In this document: one piece after another, positions 1 through 10,830 of the stretch
How positions within the stretch are numbered: position 1 is the first letter of the stretch
Layout of the letters: the number at the start of each line of letters is the position of its first letter
From: Pelagomonas calceolata
Taxonomy: Eukaryota
Direction of reading: 5' to 3'
DNA length: 64,000 nt
NCBI GenBank assembly: GCA_918797485.1
Contig: CAKKNE010000003.1
Span: 2,480,001 to 2,544,000 of the forward strand
Translations under genes and position numbers: made by a program
Notes under the pieces: model-generated
Told to the model about the DNA's origin: nothing
Seen by the model: the letters and a program-made list of their open reading frames with translations, nothing else
Database searches by the model: none

Positions 1-6
1 GACACG

Positions 7-1936
7 ATGGATTGCTCGAAGGTGCTCCTGCCCTGCGTCGCGCTCTTAGCCATTGGAGGGTTCCTCACGTCGCAGCAAAAAATCCGCGAGGCCGCCGCGA
101 CCGATATAGAATACGTGCGCCACGAGATTAGGGAGGAGGTCCACGGCCTCGAGTCGTGGTTAAGGCACCCGCACTCGAAGCACCACCCCGCGGCTGTGGA
201 TGACGCGGGGCCCGCGGCCTGGCGCGACCTGGGGCGAGATGTCGACCTGTTCCTGAAGCGCGTCGAACGGTTGGAGGCTTCCAACCTGGAGACGCTCAAA
301 ACTCAAATCAAGCAAGACGAGAAAAAGCTGCGAGTAGCAGAACACCGGGACCAGACGACCCATAAGACGCACACCCGCCACAACGCCAAGCCCGGCAAAC
401 TTATTTGTGATGGCAAATCGATCCAGCACGAGATCATCTACTGGAAGGACGTCCCGGGGGACATGACGTATGAATCTCCGATCACGCCGCACCACGCAAA
501 TCACGATCAAAAATACTTGACGTTCGAGTATGACGCGGGCGGCTGGAATAATGTTAGGATGGGCGTCGAATGCGTCGTCGTGTTTGCCCATGCGACGGGA
601 CGGACTCTTGTAGCCCCCCCGGCCCAGAACTTGTACTTGCTCGGGGCGCCGAACCCGCACTCGCAGAAGCGCAAGTTGGGATTCAACGACTTCTTCGTCA
701 CGGACCGTCAGTGCTCAGAGTCGTCGACGGCGCCTTCACGGGACCGCGGCGCCTCGACGGCGTGGTCGCGTCGATGGCGTCGACGCGATGCCACGCCGCC
801 TCGACGCCGTCGACGCGGCCGCATGAGAGTCTACGCGTCTCGCGAGAGAGTCGCCATCGACGCGGCCGCATGCGAGTGTCGCGACGGTATCAAACACAGG
901 CCTCGAAGCCCAAGAAGGCATGCACATGATTTCCATGGAGGAGTTTCTGAAAAGACAGCAGTCGGAAGTGGAGATCTGGCGAAGGCCCAACGCGACGGAC
1001 TTCTGGGGCCAGAAGCTCTGGAGATATCTCAAAAAAAGTGCGGACGTCAAGCCGGAGTACTCCGGGCAAGTCGTGGCCATGGGCCGCTTAAATCCGACAG
1101 CCGAGACGAAGGCCAAGGACGCGGAAGCGCTCAAGAAGCAAGCCGCGGGTCGGAAAGTGGCCGCATATGATTCGAAAGCCCAAAACGCGCGGCACGTTCA
1201 CTTTCCCGCTGGTGGGAAGCATCGCCTGCTGAACCACTTTTATGCGTTCGGTTTTTTTGGAGATCCGCAGCAGCGCAGCTTCTATCGGCGACTCATACGA
1301 GACAGCATGAGATACAGGGACGAGATCCAGTGCGCCGGGGCGCGAGTCGTGGATGCTGTGAGAGCACACTCTAGAAGATTAGGCAATGATGGCACGTTCT
1401 ACGCCCTACATATAAGAAGGGGCGACTTCCAGTTCAAGGCTGTCAAAATTTCTGCGGGCGAGATCGTCGAGAACCTGCGCGGGAATAGTATCATCCCGAG
1501 AGGCGCCTTGGTGTATCTGGCTACCGACGACCCCGACGGCGTCTGCAAGGGCTGCTGGGCGAACAAGAAACCTTGTAAAGATCAACTCGGAGTCGAGGGC
1601 TGTCCCAAGGACGCGTCGTGGGACGCCTTTGTGAGGAACGGGTGGCACGTTACGGTACTCAGAAACTACACGGAAGCTACCCACGGCACGAATCCGAACT
1701 ACTTCGGCATGGTCGATAGCATCGTGTGTGCCCGGGCCGCCGTCTTCGCCGGGACTTGGTTTAGCACCTTTACGGGCTATATTCACCGCTTGAGAGGGTA
1801 TCATGGGTTGGGCGAGGAGACATATTATCATTCTACCGGCAAGGTCGACCTGGCGCGGTCGCCCAAAAGTATAGGGTCGGGCTACTCGCGCGAGTGGCGG
1901 ATCGGCTGGACGGACGACGGCGGGGCGAATATCTAA
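7..1936 (+). CDS. GDP-fucose protein O-fucosyltransferase-like protein, 2 exons (7-706, 900-1936)
   Basis: N-terminal membrane anchor; motifs YDAGGWNNVRM, ALHIRRGDF, VYLATD, GTWFSTFTGYI; intron 707-899 (GTCAGT...CACAG) joins the two ORFs in frame (VTD-R-LEAQEGMH). Confidence 0.85.
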
Positions 1937-2083
1937 GGTTACTAGGTGTGGTTTTGTTTGGCGCGGCGATAGCGCCTGGCATCAGGCTTACTGGAGGGGT
2001 ACAGCCTCGTAAATGCAAGTGAGTGCAGATGGTTACTCATGGGCGCGCGGGGCGGGGCGACGGGTGGCAGAGTCCATTGGGGC

Positions 2084-2424
2084 TCAAGGAAGCGAATCAC
2101 TCACACCAAGCAGCTCGGGGTCTTTCTCGGTGGTGGCCTTCTTTTCTTCCTTGATTTTAATTCCAGCCGCGACATAATCGAATTTGTCGTCGTCCTTCAT
2201 TTCCTTAATAATTTCCTTGTAGATGTCATCGGCCATCTTCTTCGCGTTAAGAGGCAGACCCAGGGGCCACCACAGGTGCGACGTGATCTTTTCGTTTGCT
2301 TTCGCCCATGCAATCCGCTCGATGTGAAATGGGAGCGCCCCCAACTCGCAATCAGTCCGCTCCTTTGCCATCCTTGCTCCTTGATCTGCTCAACTTGTTG
2401 GCCTGGGCACCCATCATTACTCAT
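2084..2424 (-). pseudogene. Possible degraded PWWP-like gene remnant
   Basis: AT-richer patch; short ORF contains IAWAK...LWWP, resembling a PWWP start; the upstream ATG ORF is in another frame. Confidence 0.25.
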
Positions 2425-2635
2425 GCAGATCGATCGACTCCGCTAAGGTTTTCCAGCGCGGATGCGTTGAGTGGAATACGCCGCCCAGTCACGCGCCACC
2501 GCGCCTTAAATCGCCCAAGGCCGAGCTCGTGCTCGGCAAAAAAATATGTGATAAAACCCGCGCATAGCGACGCGCGCCGGGAATGACCGGACCCCGAAGT
2601 ACTCCATGGCCAAGTACAGATACCCACGAAAAATA

Positions 2636-5509
2636 TTAACTATCCGCCGAGTCGACGGCGGCGGCGGCGGCAGCGGCGGCGGAGTCGTCCACCACCTCCA
2701 CGTCCGCCGGCTCGACCAAATCCATGTTCGTCGACTGCGACCCGAAGTCGACCGCACACGACGAGTCGTCGCGCACGCGCTCCTCGCGCGCCTTGAGCGC
2801 GTTGAACCCCGCCTCGCTCACGTCGGGGTCGTCGTCGCCGGCGAGGCGCTGGACGACGCCGTCGCCGGCCTGGATCGGCTCGGCCAGTAACAATGCAGCG
2901 TCCATGCGCACTAATGGCAAATCGTCCGTCGCGAGGACGTCGGCGAGCGCCGCGGCGTCCTCGCGGCACTTTTCCCTATCTGCCGGGGCGAAGGACGACG
3001 ACGCATCTACTAAGCTTCGAGCAAGTAATAACCCGGTGCGCCGCTGCCGCGAACTTTCTGATGCGCCCAGCCTCGACACCTCCTTGAGGGGCGCGTCGAC
3101 CCAGAAGCCGTCGTTTCTCCTAGATGCTGCGGCAGCACAAGCGCACGCGCACGCGCAGGCGTTGCTGCGCACCTCGGCGACGACATCGTCCAAAGCCTTC
3201 GCGACCACTTCAGCCAGCGCTCTCCGTCTCTCCTCGTCGTCGCAGGCCGGCGCCAATGCTGGAGCGACCCTACCAGCACAACATCGCACGCGCCAGTGGC
3301 GCGACGTCGACAGGTTCGCCAGCGAGTTCGTGAGGGCGTCGACATGTCGAGGCGCCAAGACGCGAGCCAGACCCGCGCCGCAGTCCGCCAAACCCCTAAG
3401 AGCCGTGCACGCGACAGAAGGAGCCTCGTCGTTCACGAGAATCAGCAAAAGCGGAAACAGGGCCCGATCCAAAGGAGCAACGCTGTCTTCTCCTTCTCTG
3501 GCTTTCAAGGCCGCATCAGGATCATTTCCTAGAGCTTGCAACAGCAGCCCGCTCGTCTTCGCCAGCGACGCTCGACAGTCGGGCGACTCGTCGGACGCCA
3601 GCGCCGCGGCAGCCGGCGTTAAGGCAGATGTCAGTTTTTCGCACACGTCTTCGTCCGACAATTCGGCGATCCTGGGAATCGCCTCGCAGGCCGCGGACCT
3701 TACATTAGTATCATCATCTTCAAGTAAAGCCCTTGCTTCGTCCGCGACGACCAGTCTTTGCTTCTCGAAAACATGACATAAAGCTCCTGCTCTTCGAGCG
3801 AAGGCCGCCCTTACTTCAGCAGAAGCGTCGGTAGCCAACTGCAGCGCGATGGGAATCAACGAAGCCAATAGTAAGTGGAGGAACTCCTCGCGCGAGAACG
3901 TGTGCGACTCGTCGTCGTCCTCGAGCGTCTTGGGTAGACCCGCCGCGAGCGTTAAACAAGCGTCCAAAGCAGCTCTACGCACGCAAGGCAAGGCATCTCG
4001 CGCGAACTTGCCGCACTGTCTTGCTAAAAACTTCGCGACCGGTCGCGTGATGACGCCACCACAGAAGCCACCGACGCATCGCGCAAAACAAGCTCGGGCT
4101 TGCGCGTCCGCCGCGTCGCGCGCGCCCTTGCTTACACATGCTCTCGCAAAGGCGTCGTAGCGCGGTCTAGCGCACGACCTAAGAGTAGGCGCCAGCGCCG
4201 CGCAGGCTCGAGCGCACCTTTGGGCAATCAAGTTGCTCGCAGGCGCGTCGCCGCACGCCAGAGCTGATAATCTCGCTAACCTCTTGATTGTACCAGAGGC
4301 GGCGTTGGGTCTCTTTCTCTGCAACGCGGCGATCCTACACAATAGTCTAGCAGCGGACAGGGCCGACGACGCCGCAGCCGTATTTGCTTGTAGAGGCAAA
4401 GCAGACGCCGAGGCCCAGCGGCACGGCGCGAAACCATCTCCATCGGACGCCTGCTTCGCGTAGGCCGATGATGATGCTGCTAACTCTTCATCGTCGTCCT
4501 CGAGCGGTAAAGTGAACGTCCGCCGCGGTTGATCGAACGGCCCTTGGTTGGCGCCACCTTCAATAACTTTACAGAGGGCCGGCGCTAGTGTTGCTTCGTG
4601 TTTGCGTAACGACGCTCTAGCTCGGCGGCCGCCCGTCGTCGGCCTGCTACACAACTCGTCGAGCGCCGCGAGTTGTGACGCGAGCTCCGCCATAGAATCG
4701 GGCTTCGACGGCGTGCCGGGGATTGGAGGCGCCGCGCCGGGCAGGCAGCCGGCTCTACGTAAAGCGCGTACCGCACTTTCTAAGACGGGGTCCGTGATCT
4801 CACTCGTTGTAGAGGTGGGCGGCTGCCTCGCTGCTAATGCTAAGCCTCTCGCTTCCTTCCGTCGTCGCGCCAAAGTTACGGCGTCCAAGTCCTGCACTTT
4901 CAGGGTCAAGGGCCGGTCCGGCGTCCGCAACAGCGTGATGACCTCGTCGTGCAAGAGACCCCGCGTCGTCTCGCCATTGACACTGACCACCAAGACGTCG
5001 GCCACGAGACCGGCCTGCTTCGCCGCGCCGTCCTCATCCACATCATGGACGACCGTCGCCTCGAGGACGTTTTCCAGCGTCAGACCCAGGCGCGCCGCGT
5101 GGAGCTGCACATCTCTGAAAGTTCCCGGAACTTTCCCAATATCCTCCGGGTCGTCACTGATGTCGTCGTCCGACGACAACGCAACGTCGGAGGCGTCCGA
5201 GCGCCCGTCGTCGAACTGGTCCTCGTCGTCAAAAGCTTCGCGCGTTTGGGAGGAAAAGACGGAGCGCGTCGGCGACGCTGCTGAATAGTAGGATGAGGTA
5301 GGAGAAGCCGCGGGCGGTGGCGGCGGCGGCGCCTCGATCGGCGACGTGGGGGCGTCGCTCCAGGGGGCCGGTTCGTCCATCAGCGACGGGCTCGACGGCG
5401 CGGGCGCGGGCGCGGGCCCGGGAGCCGGCGCTGGTGCTTCCGCGTACGGTGTGGGTGGCGCGGGCGCCTCCGCTGCGGGGACGAGCGTGTCGAGCGTTAA
5501 AGCCGCCAT
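2636..5509 (-). CDS. PDZ + HEAT-repeat protein (PP2A-A/PP4R1-like scaffold)
   Basis: Pro-rich N-terminus; PDZ (LGLTL...GAAKQAGL...VSVNGE...HDEVITLL); repeated HEAT units (D.S.EVRAA, HWRVR, DVVAEVRSNA). Confidence 0.75.
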   Translation of the reverse strand: MAALTLDTLVPAAEAPAPPTPYAEAPAPAPGPAPAPAPSSPSLMDEPAPWSDAPTSPIEAPPPPPPAASPTSSYYSAASPTRSVFSSQTREAFDDEDQFDDGRSDASDVALSSDDDISDDPEDIGKVPGTFRDVQLHAARLGLTLENVLEATVVHDVDEDGAAKQAGLVADVLVVSVNGETTRGLLHDEVITLLRTPDRPLTLKVQDLDAVTLARRRKEARGLALAARQPPTSTTSEITDPVLESAVRALRRAGCLPGAAPPIPGTPSKPDSMAELASQLAALDELCSRPTTGGRRARASLRKHEATLAPALCKVIEGGANQGPFDQPRRTFTLPLEDDDEELAASSSAYAKQASDGDGFAPCRWASASALPLQANTAAASSALSAARLLCRIAALQRKRPNAASGTIKRLARLSALACGDAPASNLIAQRCARACAALAPTLRSCARPRYDAFARACVSKGARDAADAQARACFARCVGGFCGGVITRPVAKFLARQCGKFARDALPCVRRAALDACLTLAAGLPKTLEDDDESHTFSREEFLHLLLASLIPIALQLATDASAEVRAAFARRAGALCHVFEKQRLVVADEARALLEDDDTNVRSAACEAIPRIAELSDEDVCEKLTSALTPAAAALASDESPDCRASLAKTSGLLLQALGNDPDAALKAREGEDSVAPLDRALFPLLLILVNDEAPSVACTALRGLADCGAGLARVLAPRHVDALTNSLANLSTSRHWRVRCCAGRVAPALAPACDDEERRRALAEVVAKALDDVVAEVRSNACACACACAAAASRRNDGFWVDAPLKEVSRLGASESSRQRRTGLLLARSLVDASSSFAPADREKCREDAAALADVLATDDLPLVRMDAALLLAEPIQAGDGVVQRLAGDDDPDVSEAGFNALKAREERVRDDSSCAVDFGSQSTNMDLVEPADVEVVDDSAAAAAAAAVDSADS

Positions 5510-5961
5510 CGCTGCTGTCGCCGCGGTCACGGTTGGCTGTGCTGCTTTGTCCTGGCCAAGCTCTTCAGCGGTGCCACGGTTTTGAGCGCGGACAAGCAGC
5601 AGTCGTTACCGGCGTTCGACGAGTTCTTTGAAAGCCGTATTCCTTTGCAACGAACCGCGCTCGGCGTGGCGGATTGGCCGCGGATAAGATGAAAATGGCA
5701 GGCCTGGGTGCTGGGACCGGTCGTTCGACAGTGCCAAGAGGCTTCCGAAGCCTGGCGGAACACGCCTGTGCCGCGCGAACGATGCCGCAAAACCCGATCC
5801 CTTGCATTGAAGAGATTTGGAGCCGCTCTGCGTGTCGGCGGTGGTGGCCGCAACAAGCTGACGCGGTGACGGAACAACTCGTCTTATTGCTGCTTTTCAG
5901 CGGCGCGCAGTTCCAGTTGCACTAGCGCATTGCAGCGGCATCAACCACCGGAGCAGCAGCC

Positions 5962-8000
5962 ATGATGCGCCGCGCTGTCGCTCTCGCGGCCGTAGCCAGC
6001 GCCTTCCGCGCGCCGGCGCCGCAGCCGCGTTCCACATCTCTCAGATCAAGCACGGAAGAAGCGGTACCAAGAACAAATAAGCCGAGCGCCGCGATGCCCG
6101 AGATCCCCGCGGGGCTCGCCGAGCCGGGTTTGAAAGTCCCCCAGACGGCCTGGAAGTGGCCGCGGCAGTGGCCCTACGGGAGAGATGGGTTTAAAAAACC
6201 GGAGGGTGAGGAGGAGAAGATTGTCGACGGTTCGAAGGTCTTCGACGAGAACGCCGAAAAGACTTTCAGGGCCCATTTAGTCACGCATCTGGAATCCGGG
6301 GCGGGCTCCGTGCTCGAGGTCGACGGCACGTGTTCGGGCCAGACGTACATTCCCACGGAAAGTGGCGAGGAATTGTGGAGTCCGCCTCAATCTGTCACGA
6401 GGGTCGATGCCTCTGCGTTGTTTGGGGACGCTTCATTACCTTATCCTGATCGTAGTTTCGATGCCGTCGTCCTCGCCTCGGCGGCTGAATTGCTCACGGA
6501 CCCCAGAGGCACGTTCCGAGAGCTCTGGCGCGTCCTGAAGCCTGGTGGCCGAGCTATTGTTGCTTTTTCTTCCGCAAGATTCAGCCCAGCCGCCCACGCC
6601 GCGCAGCAGACGCAGACCTGGAAGGACTATAACGACGCGCAGCGGCTCTGGGTCGTCGGGAGCTACTTCCACTTCTCAGCAGGCGCGCCCGCGGCCGCGA
6701 TGATCGCGGACGGCGAGCAGATCGCGACGACGATGTGGGGTGCGGGGTGGAGGGCATTGCGAGGCTACGACTACCTCGACGCGGCCGAAGATGCGGGCAA
6801 GGACATCGCGACGAAGGTCGGCGACATGGCCAAAAAAGCTACTTCGTCCGAGACGCCGTTGTTTGTGGTGCAAGCAGATAGAGCCTACGACGTGTCGTCT
6901 TCCGCCAGTGCGGGCGCGCGCATGGACGCGGCCCTCTGGAACGCGGCGTCGATGGATGAAGACGACAAGCGTGCGTGCCAGCGTCTCGTACTTCAATTTT
7001 TGGTGTGTCGTGGTCTACGCGGTCGAGGGTATCTCTCGGAGATCGTGTCCGAGTTTGGGCCGAAACCAGGGCCGCGGTGCCGAGAAGTGAGGAACGCGTC
7101 GCGTCGATGGCGTGGAGGGCTCGACGACGCTCCCAGACGCCGTCGACGCGAAGATAAGCTGACTCACCGGTCGATGTCCGCGCAGGCATGTGCGCGACGC
7201 GGCTCATGGAGTGCCTCGAGCGCTACGAGCCGAACGACGAGATGCGGCGGGCGGCGCTCGGTGCGAAGGCGGCGGCCAATCTGCCGCCGCTCTACGAGAC
7301 GCTGAAGCCGATGGCCGTCGTCATTGCTTCTCCTTTGTTAGCGCAATTTGCCGCGAATGTAGCGCCGAAGTACGATCCGAGTTGTGGCGCCCAAAGGTAC
7401 GCTTTACGCGAAGGTCTGGGCATCGCGGCTCCCAGAGAAGGCTTCTGGAAGCCCCTGGGCAACGTCACGGGTTCTCTATCCATCGACGACAAGCTCTGGT
7501 TGCTGCTGGACTGCCTGCCGCACTACCTGGGCCGGGGCGAGGACATTGATTACGTGCCTCCCGCGCTGGCGGCGTTGTTACGGTCGTCGGGCGATAGTGG
7601 CTGGGACGAGACCGGTGTCTTGCCTCGCGCCATCGCCGTGGTCAAGGAGAAATTGCCCGACCTCGTCGAGGAGCGGGAGACCCAGGTCCTCGCGACCGAT
7701 TTAGCGTGCCGAGATTTTCTCGCGGACGCGCTTGGTAGTGCTACTCTGTCCGAAGCCGCGGCCAAGGGCGACGCGTTCATCTCGTGGATGGAATCTCAAG
7801 ATAAATTTGCTCTGAAAGAATTCCTGGAGGAGCGGAAGGAGTACCGGGAGCGCGCCGAGGAACAGGCCGACGCCGCGAAGCTGGATCCGGAGGCGGCGGC
7901 CAAGGCCAAGGAGGAGAAGCGCGCGGCCGGCGAGGTCGAGGCCATGCTCAACGCGATCATGGCGGCGAAGGACGCGAAGGACGCGGAAGAGAAGAAGTAG
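5962..8000 (+). CDS. Plastid-targeted class I SAM-methyltransferase-like protein, 2 exons (5962-6970, 7186-8000)
   Basis: Signal peptide with ASA-F motif; LPYPDRSFDAV...RELWRVLKPGG; intron 6971-7185 (GTGCGT...CGCAG) restores the frame. Confidence 0.8.
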
Positions 8001-8045
8001 GGCGTAAGGTGAGGTTTCGTCGATACTGTTACGGTGCTACTAGGT

Positions 8046-8369
8046 CTAGCTCGAGTTCGCGATCGTCGTGCGCGTCGTGATCGGCGCGCGGCAATTCGGG
8101 CACTCCTGGAGGGCGGCGGCGCACGAGGCGCAGGCGAGGAAGTGGTCGCACGGCCCGAAGACGACGGCCCGCGGCGCGTCGGCCTCCATGCAGATCGTGC
8201 ACAGGAGGCGGTCCTCGAGCGCCTCCTTCTCTTGCTTGACCTGGGCGAGCACGTCCTGCTGGGCCTTCTCGCGCTGGAGGCCGGAAGGGGGCGGTGCCGC
8301 GTCGGCGTCCTCGCGCGCGCGCTTTGGCGGTCTCTCGCGCGTCTCCGCGCCGGTCTCCGCGTTGATCAC
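8046..8369 (-). pseudogene. Coiled-coil + C3HC4 (IAP-type) RING fragment without an in-frame ATG
   Basis: CTIC...PCDHFLACASC...CPNCR; in-frame TGA just upstream and no ATG. Confidence 0.55.
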
Positions 8370-8470
8370 GGGGACGGTCGTAGAATAACTTGAACCGAGT
8401 CACTGGCAGGCTTCGGATAAATGAATCGGCGAAAATACGCCATCGCCGCGAATAAGTACCTCTAGTACAA

Positions 8471-10471
8471 CTAATTTACCCCCGGAATACTCCCGGGCGG
8501 CCCGCGGCCAGCGTTCTTCAGCAAGGGAGATTTCTGAGATATCCCGAGGCGTGAGGCCCGCCGCGCGATCGCCTCCCGGATGTCGTAGGGCGTCTCCGCC
8601 CGCTCAGGAACCTCCTCTTCTTCCTGAGAGGGCGGCCTCGTCGCGCCGAGATCCCGCAGCGCCTGGTCGCGATAAAAACTGGACCGGCTCAGTCGCTTCT
8701 CATCCCTCGAGTCCCGGGACGTGCGCTTGAGGTGGCGTGCGACAACCGCCGTGTAGTCCGACGGCAGCACGACCTCCTCGACCGGCTCGGGCAGGAGCGA
8801 CACACGTTTCAGGGCGGGGCGCCGCTTCAGAGCCTTGGGGTTCGGGACGAGGGCCCCCCGTCTTCCCTTCGCGTCGCGCTTCACGATGTGCGAGAGATAT
8901 AACGCCGCGACGGGCTCGTTCTGCGTGTCGTAGGCTTCAGTCCAGAGCTCCGTGACCGTCTCCATGAGCGTCTTCTCGGGCAGGAAGGCCGTGTAGAGCA
9001 TCATCACGGACTTTTTCGACGCTAGGCAGTGGGGGTCCACGAGGTCGTCGGCGACGAGCGGTTTGACTTTTACTTTCGTGTTGTGTAACCCTAGGATCTT
9101 GTTGGCATCCGCCATCGTAAACTCTCGGGGGAGGCCAACAGTGACGCCGGACTTCTTGCGGAGCGCCGGACCCTTACCGCCGCCGCGCGATTGGTGCCGA
9201 AGACAAACCTCGTGGAACAAGTCCTCCAAGGCCGCATCCCGCAACACCGCAGGGACACGAGAAACTTCGACCGTCTCCGATACCTGGCACACCGGTCCAT
9301 GCGAGACCCCTAGCTCGTGCTGCCGCCTTCGCATCTTGTCGAAATCCTCCTCCAGGTCCCGAAACACGAGCGCCATGTCCTCGACCTCCTCTTGTAAATT
9401 AGGCGCGCGCCACTTCTTGCGTGCCGTCCGCTTCGGCTCGCCGAGGCGTTTCATTTTTTTCGCGCCGATTTCCGTCCGCGCGGCCGCCTCGACCTCCTCC
9501 CAGACCTGCGTGCGTGGCGCGTCGATGGCGTACGGCGCCAGCACGCCATCGGCGCGCCACGTCGATGGCGTCGATCGATCGCGGTTGCTACACTGGAAAC
9601 GAACGGTCCGCAGGAACGCCATCCGCCGCTTCCTCACCCTGACCCAGTCCCGCACGAGCCGCTGGGCGTAGCGCACGCGCTGCTGGAAGACGAGGATCGC
9701 TCTACCGCCCTGCATCTTTGCTGTTTGTTTCAAAAAGTCGCGCACGACGTTTCTAGCGTTGTAGCGCCGCCAACACCTTAGACCTAAAGAACAGCGCCAC
9801 CTATTCCGCCGCATGAGCCCGGCGAAGCGCGCGACCTGCTGCCAGTGCTGGCCGTTGAGGTCCTTGAGTAGCTTCGAGCGCACGGCTTTTTGAATAACCG
9901 ACGCCGTCGCGCTTAGTTTGCGCAACTGCTCTTTACGAATCTCATTCTCCTTCCTAGCCTTGTCCGCGTCTTCGAAGACCGACACAACTTTGCTATAGAT
10001 CGCTCTATGTACTAAAACGTCCAGCCACTTTTGCGCGACTTTTCGGCGCTGGTGCTTTATTTTCAACAATTCCACGCGGCGCTCGTGCTCCTTGATCAGG
10101 CGCAACGTCCGGCGCTCCTTCGCCAGAGCGAGGCGCCGTCGCCGCTTCTTGACTTGACTCCGATGACTGCGCCTTAGATAGGACCGGATCGCCATCTTCT
10201 CCGACGTAATCGGATAGTCGGCATGCGACGGCGTCGCCCACAAGTTGTGCGGGTAGCTCTTCATCGAGTTGACGCTCCCGCACTCGGTGAGGAAGCTCTG
10301 GCCGTCGTCCAGGCTCAGGAAGCTCATGTCATCTAGAGCTGGAGGCGCACTCGCACTATCCAGCAGCGGTGGTAATGGTGGAGACGCGAAGCGGAAGGGC
10401 TGGCCGAGGGGGCGGCGGCGCCCTTTCACTTCCGGGCTCAGCTGGCTGGGGCTGAGGGCTGGTGCGCTCAT
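8471..10471 (-). CDS. Basic coiled-coil hypothetical protein with IQ-like stretches; probable in-frame intron 9506-9604
   Basis: Long ORF; 99-nt GTTCGT...CGCAG segment carrying the CGCCATCGACGC intron motif. Confidence 0.65.
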   Translation of the reverse strand: MSAPALSPSQLSPEVKGRRRPLGQPFRFASPPLPPLLDSASAPPALDDMSFLSLDDGQSFLTECGSVNSMKSYPHNLWATPSHADYPITSEKMAIRSYLRRSHRSQVKKRRRRLALAKERRTLRLIKEHERRVELLKIKHQRRKVAQKWLDVLVHRAIYSKVVSVFEDADKARKENEIRKEQLRKLSATASVIQKAVRSKLLKDLNGQHWQQVARFAGLMRRNRWRCSLGLRCWRRYNARNVVRDFLKQTAKMQGGRAILVFQQRVRYAQRLVRDWVRVRKRRMAFLRTVRFQCSNRDRSTPSTWRADGVLAPYAIDAPRTQVWEEVEAAARTEIGAKKMKRLGEPKRTARKKWRAPNLQEEVEDMALVFRDLEEDFDKMRRRQHELGVSHGPVCQVSETVEVSRVPAVLRDAALEDLFHEVCLRHQSRGGGKGPALRKKSGVTVGLPREFTMADANKILGLHNTKVKVKPLVADDLVDPHCLASKKSVMMLYTAFLPEKTLMETVTELWTEAYDTQNEPVAALYLSHIVKRDAKGRRGALVPNPKALKRRPALKRVSLLPEPVEEVVLPSDYTAVVARHLKRTSRDSRDEKRLSRSSFYRDQALRDLGATRPPSQEEEEVPERAETPYDIREAIARRASRLGISQKSPLLKNAGRGPPGSIPGVN

Positions 10472-10830
10472 TGTTGATTGCCTGTGGCGTTGTTTGTTGT
10501 TGGTTCGGGCTGCTAGCGTTCCATCGCGGCGTCGGCGCTGAGGCTGATGGGCAGCCTCCGCTTCATGCTCTCTGGCCAAGCAGTCGTTACGTCGAGTGAC
10601 GCTAGGGGCGCGAGGAGTGCGGTAGCCGCCCAGACCGGTCCGGAGAGGAGTAATGGCGAGGCGGAGAGGTCAAATCGGCGCGTGCAATCAACTCGTGCCC
10701 TCCTACTCAGGATGATGCAGCACTGCTACGCCCGGACGCAGACGCCCCGCAGACGCCCCCAGCGATCGCCGGAGCGCTTGCAAACTCACCTCTGGGCCCC
10801 AGCGATCACACCTATTGATTCCGGCTCGCG

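Noticed and set aside
899..1170. Apparent programmed frameshifts between overlapping ORFs (also near 7188, 33250, 43100, 45480)
   Set aside because: All are resolved by canonical introns that restore the frame
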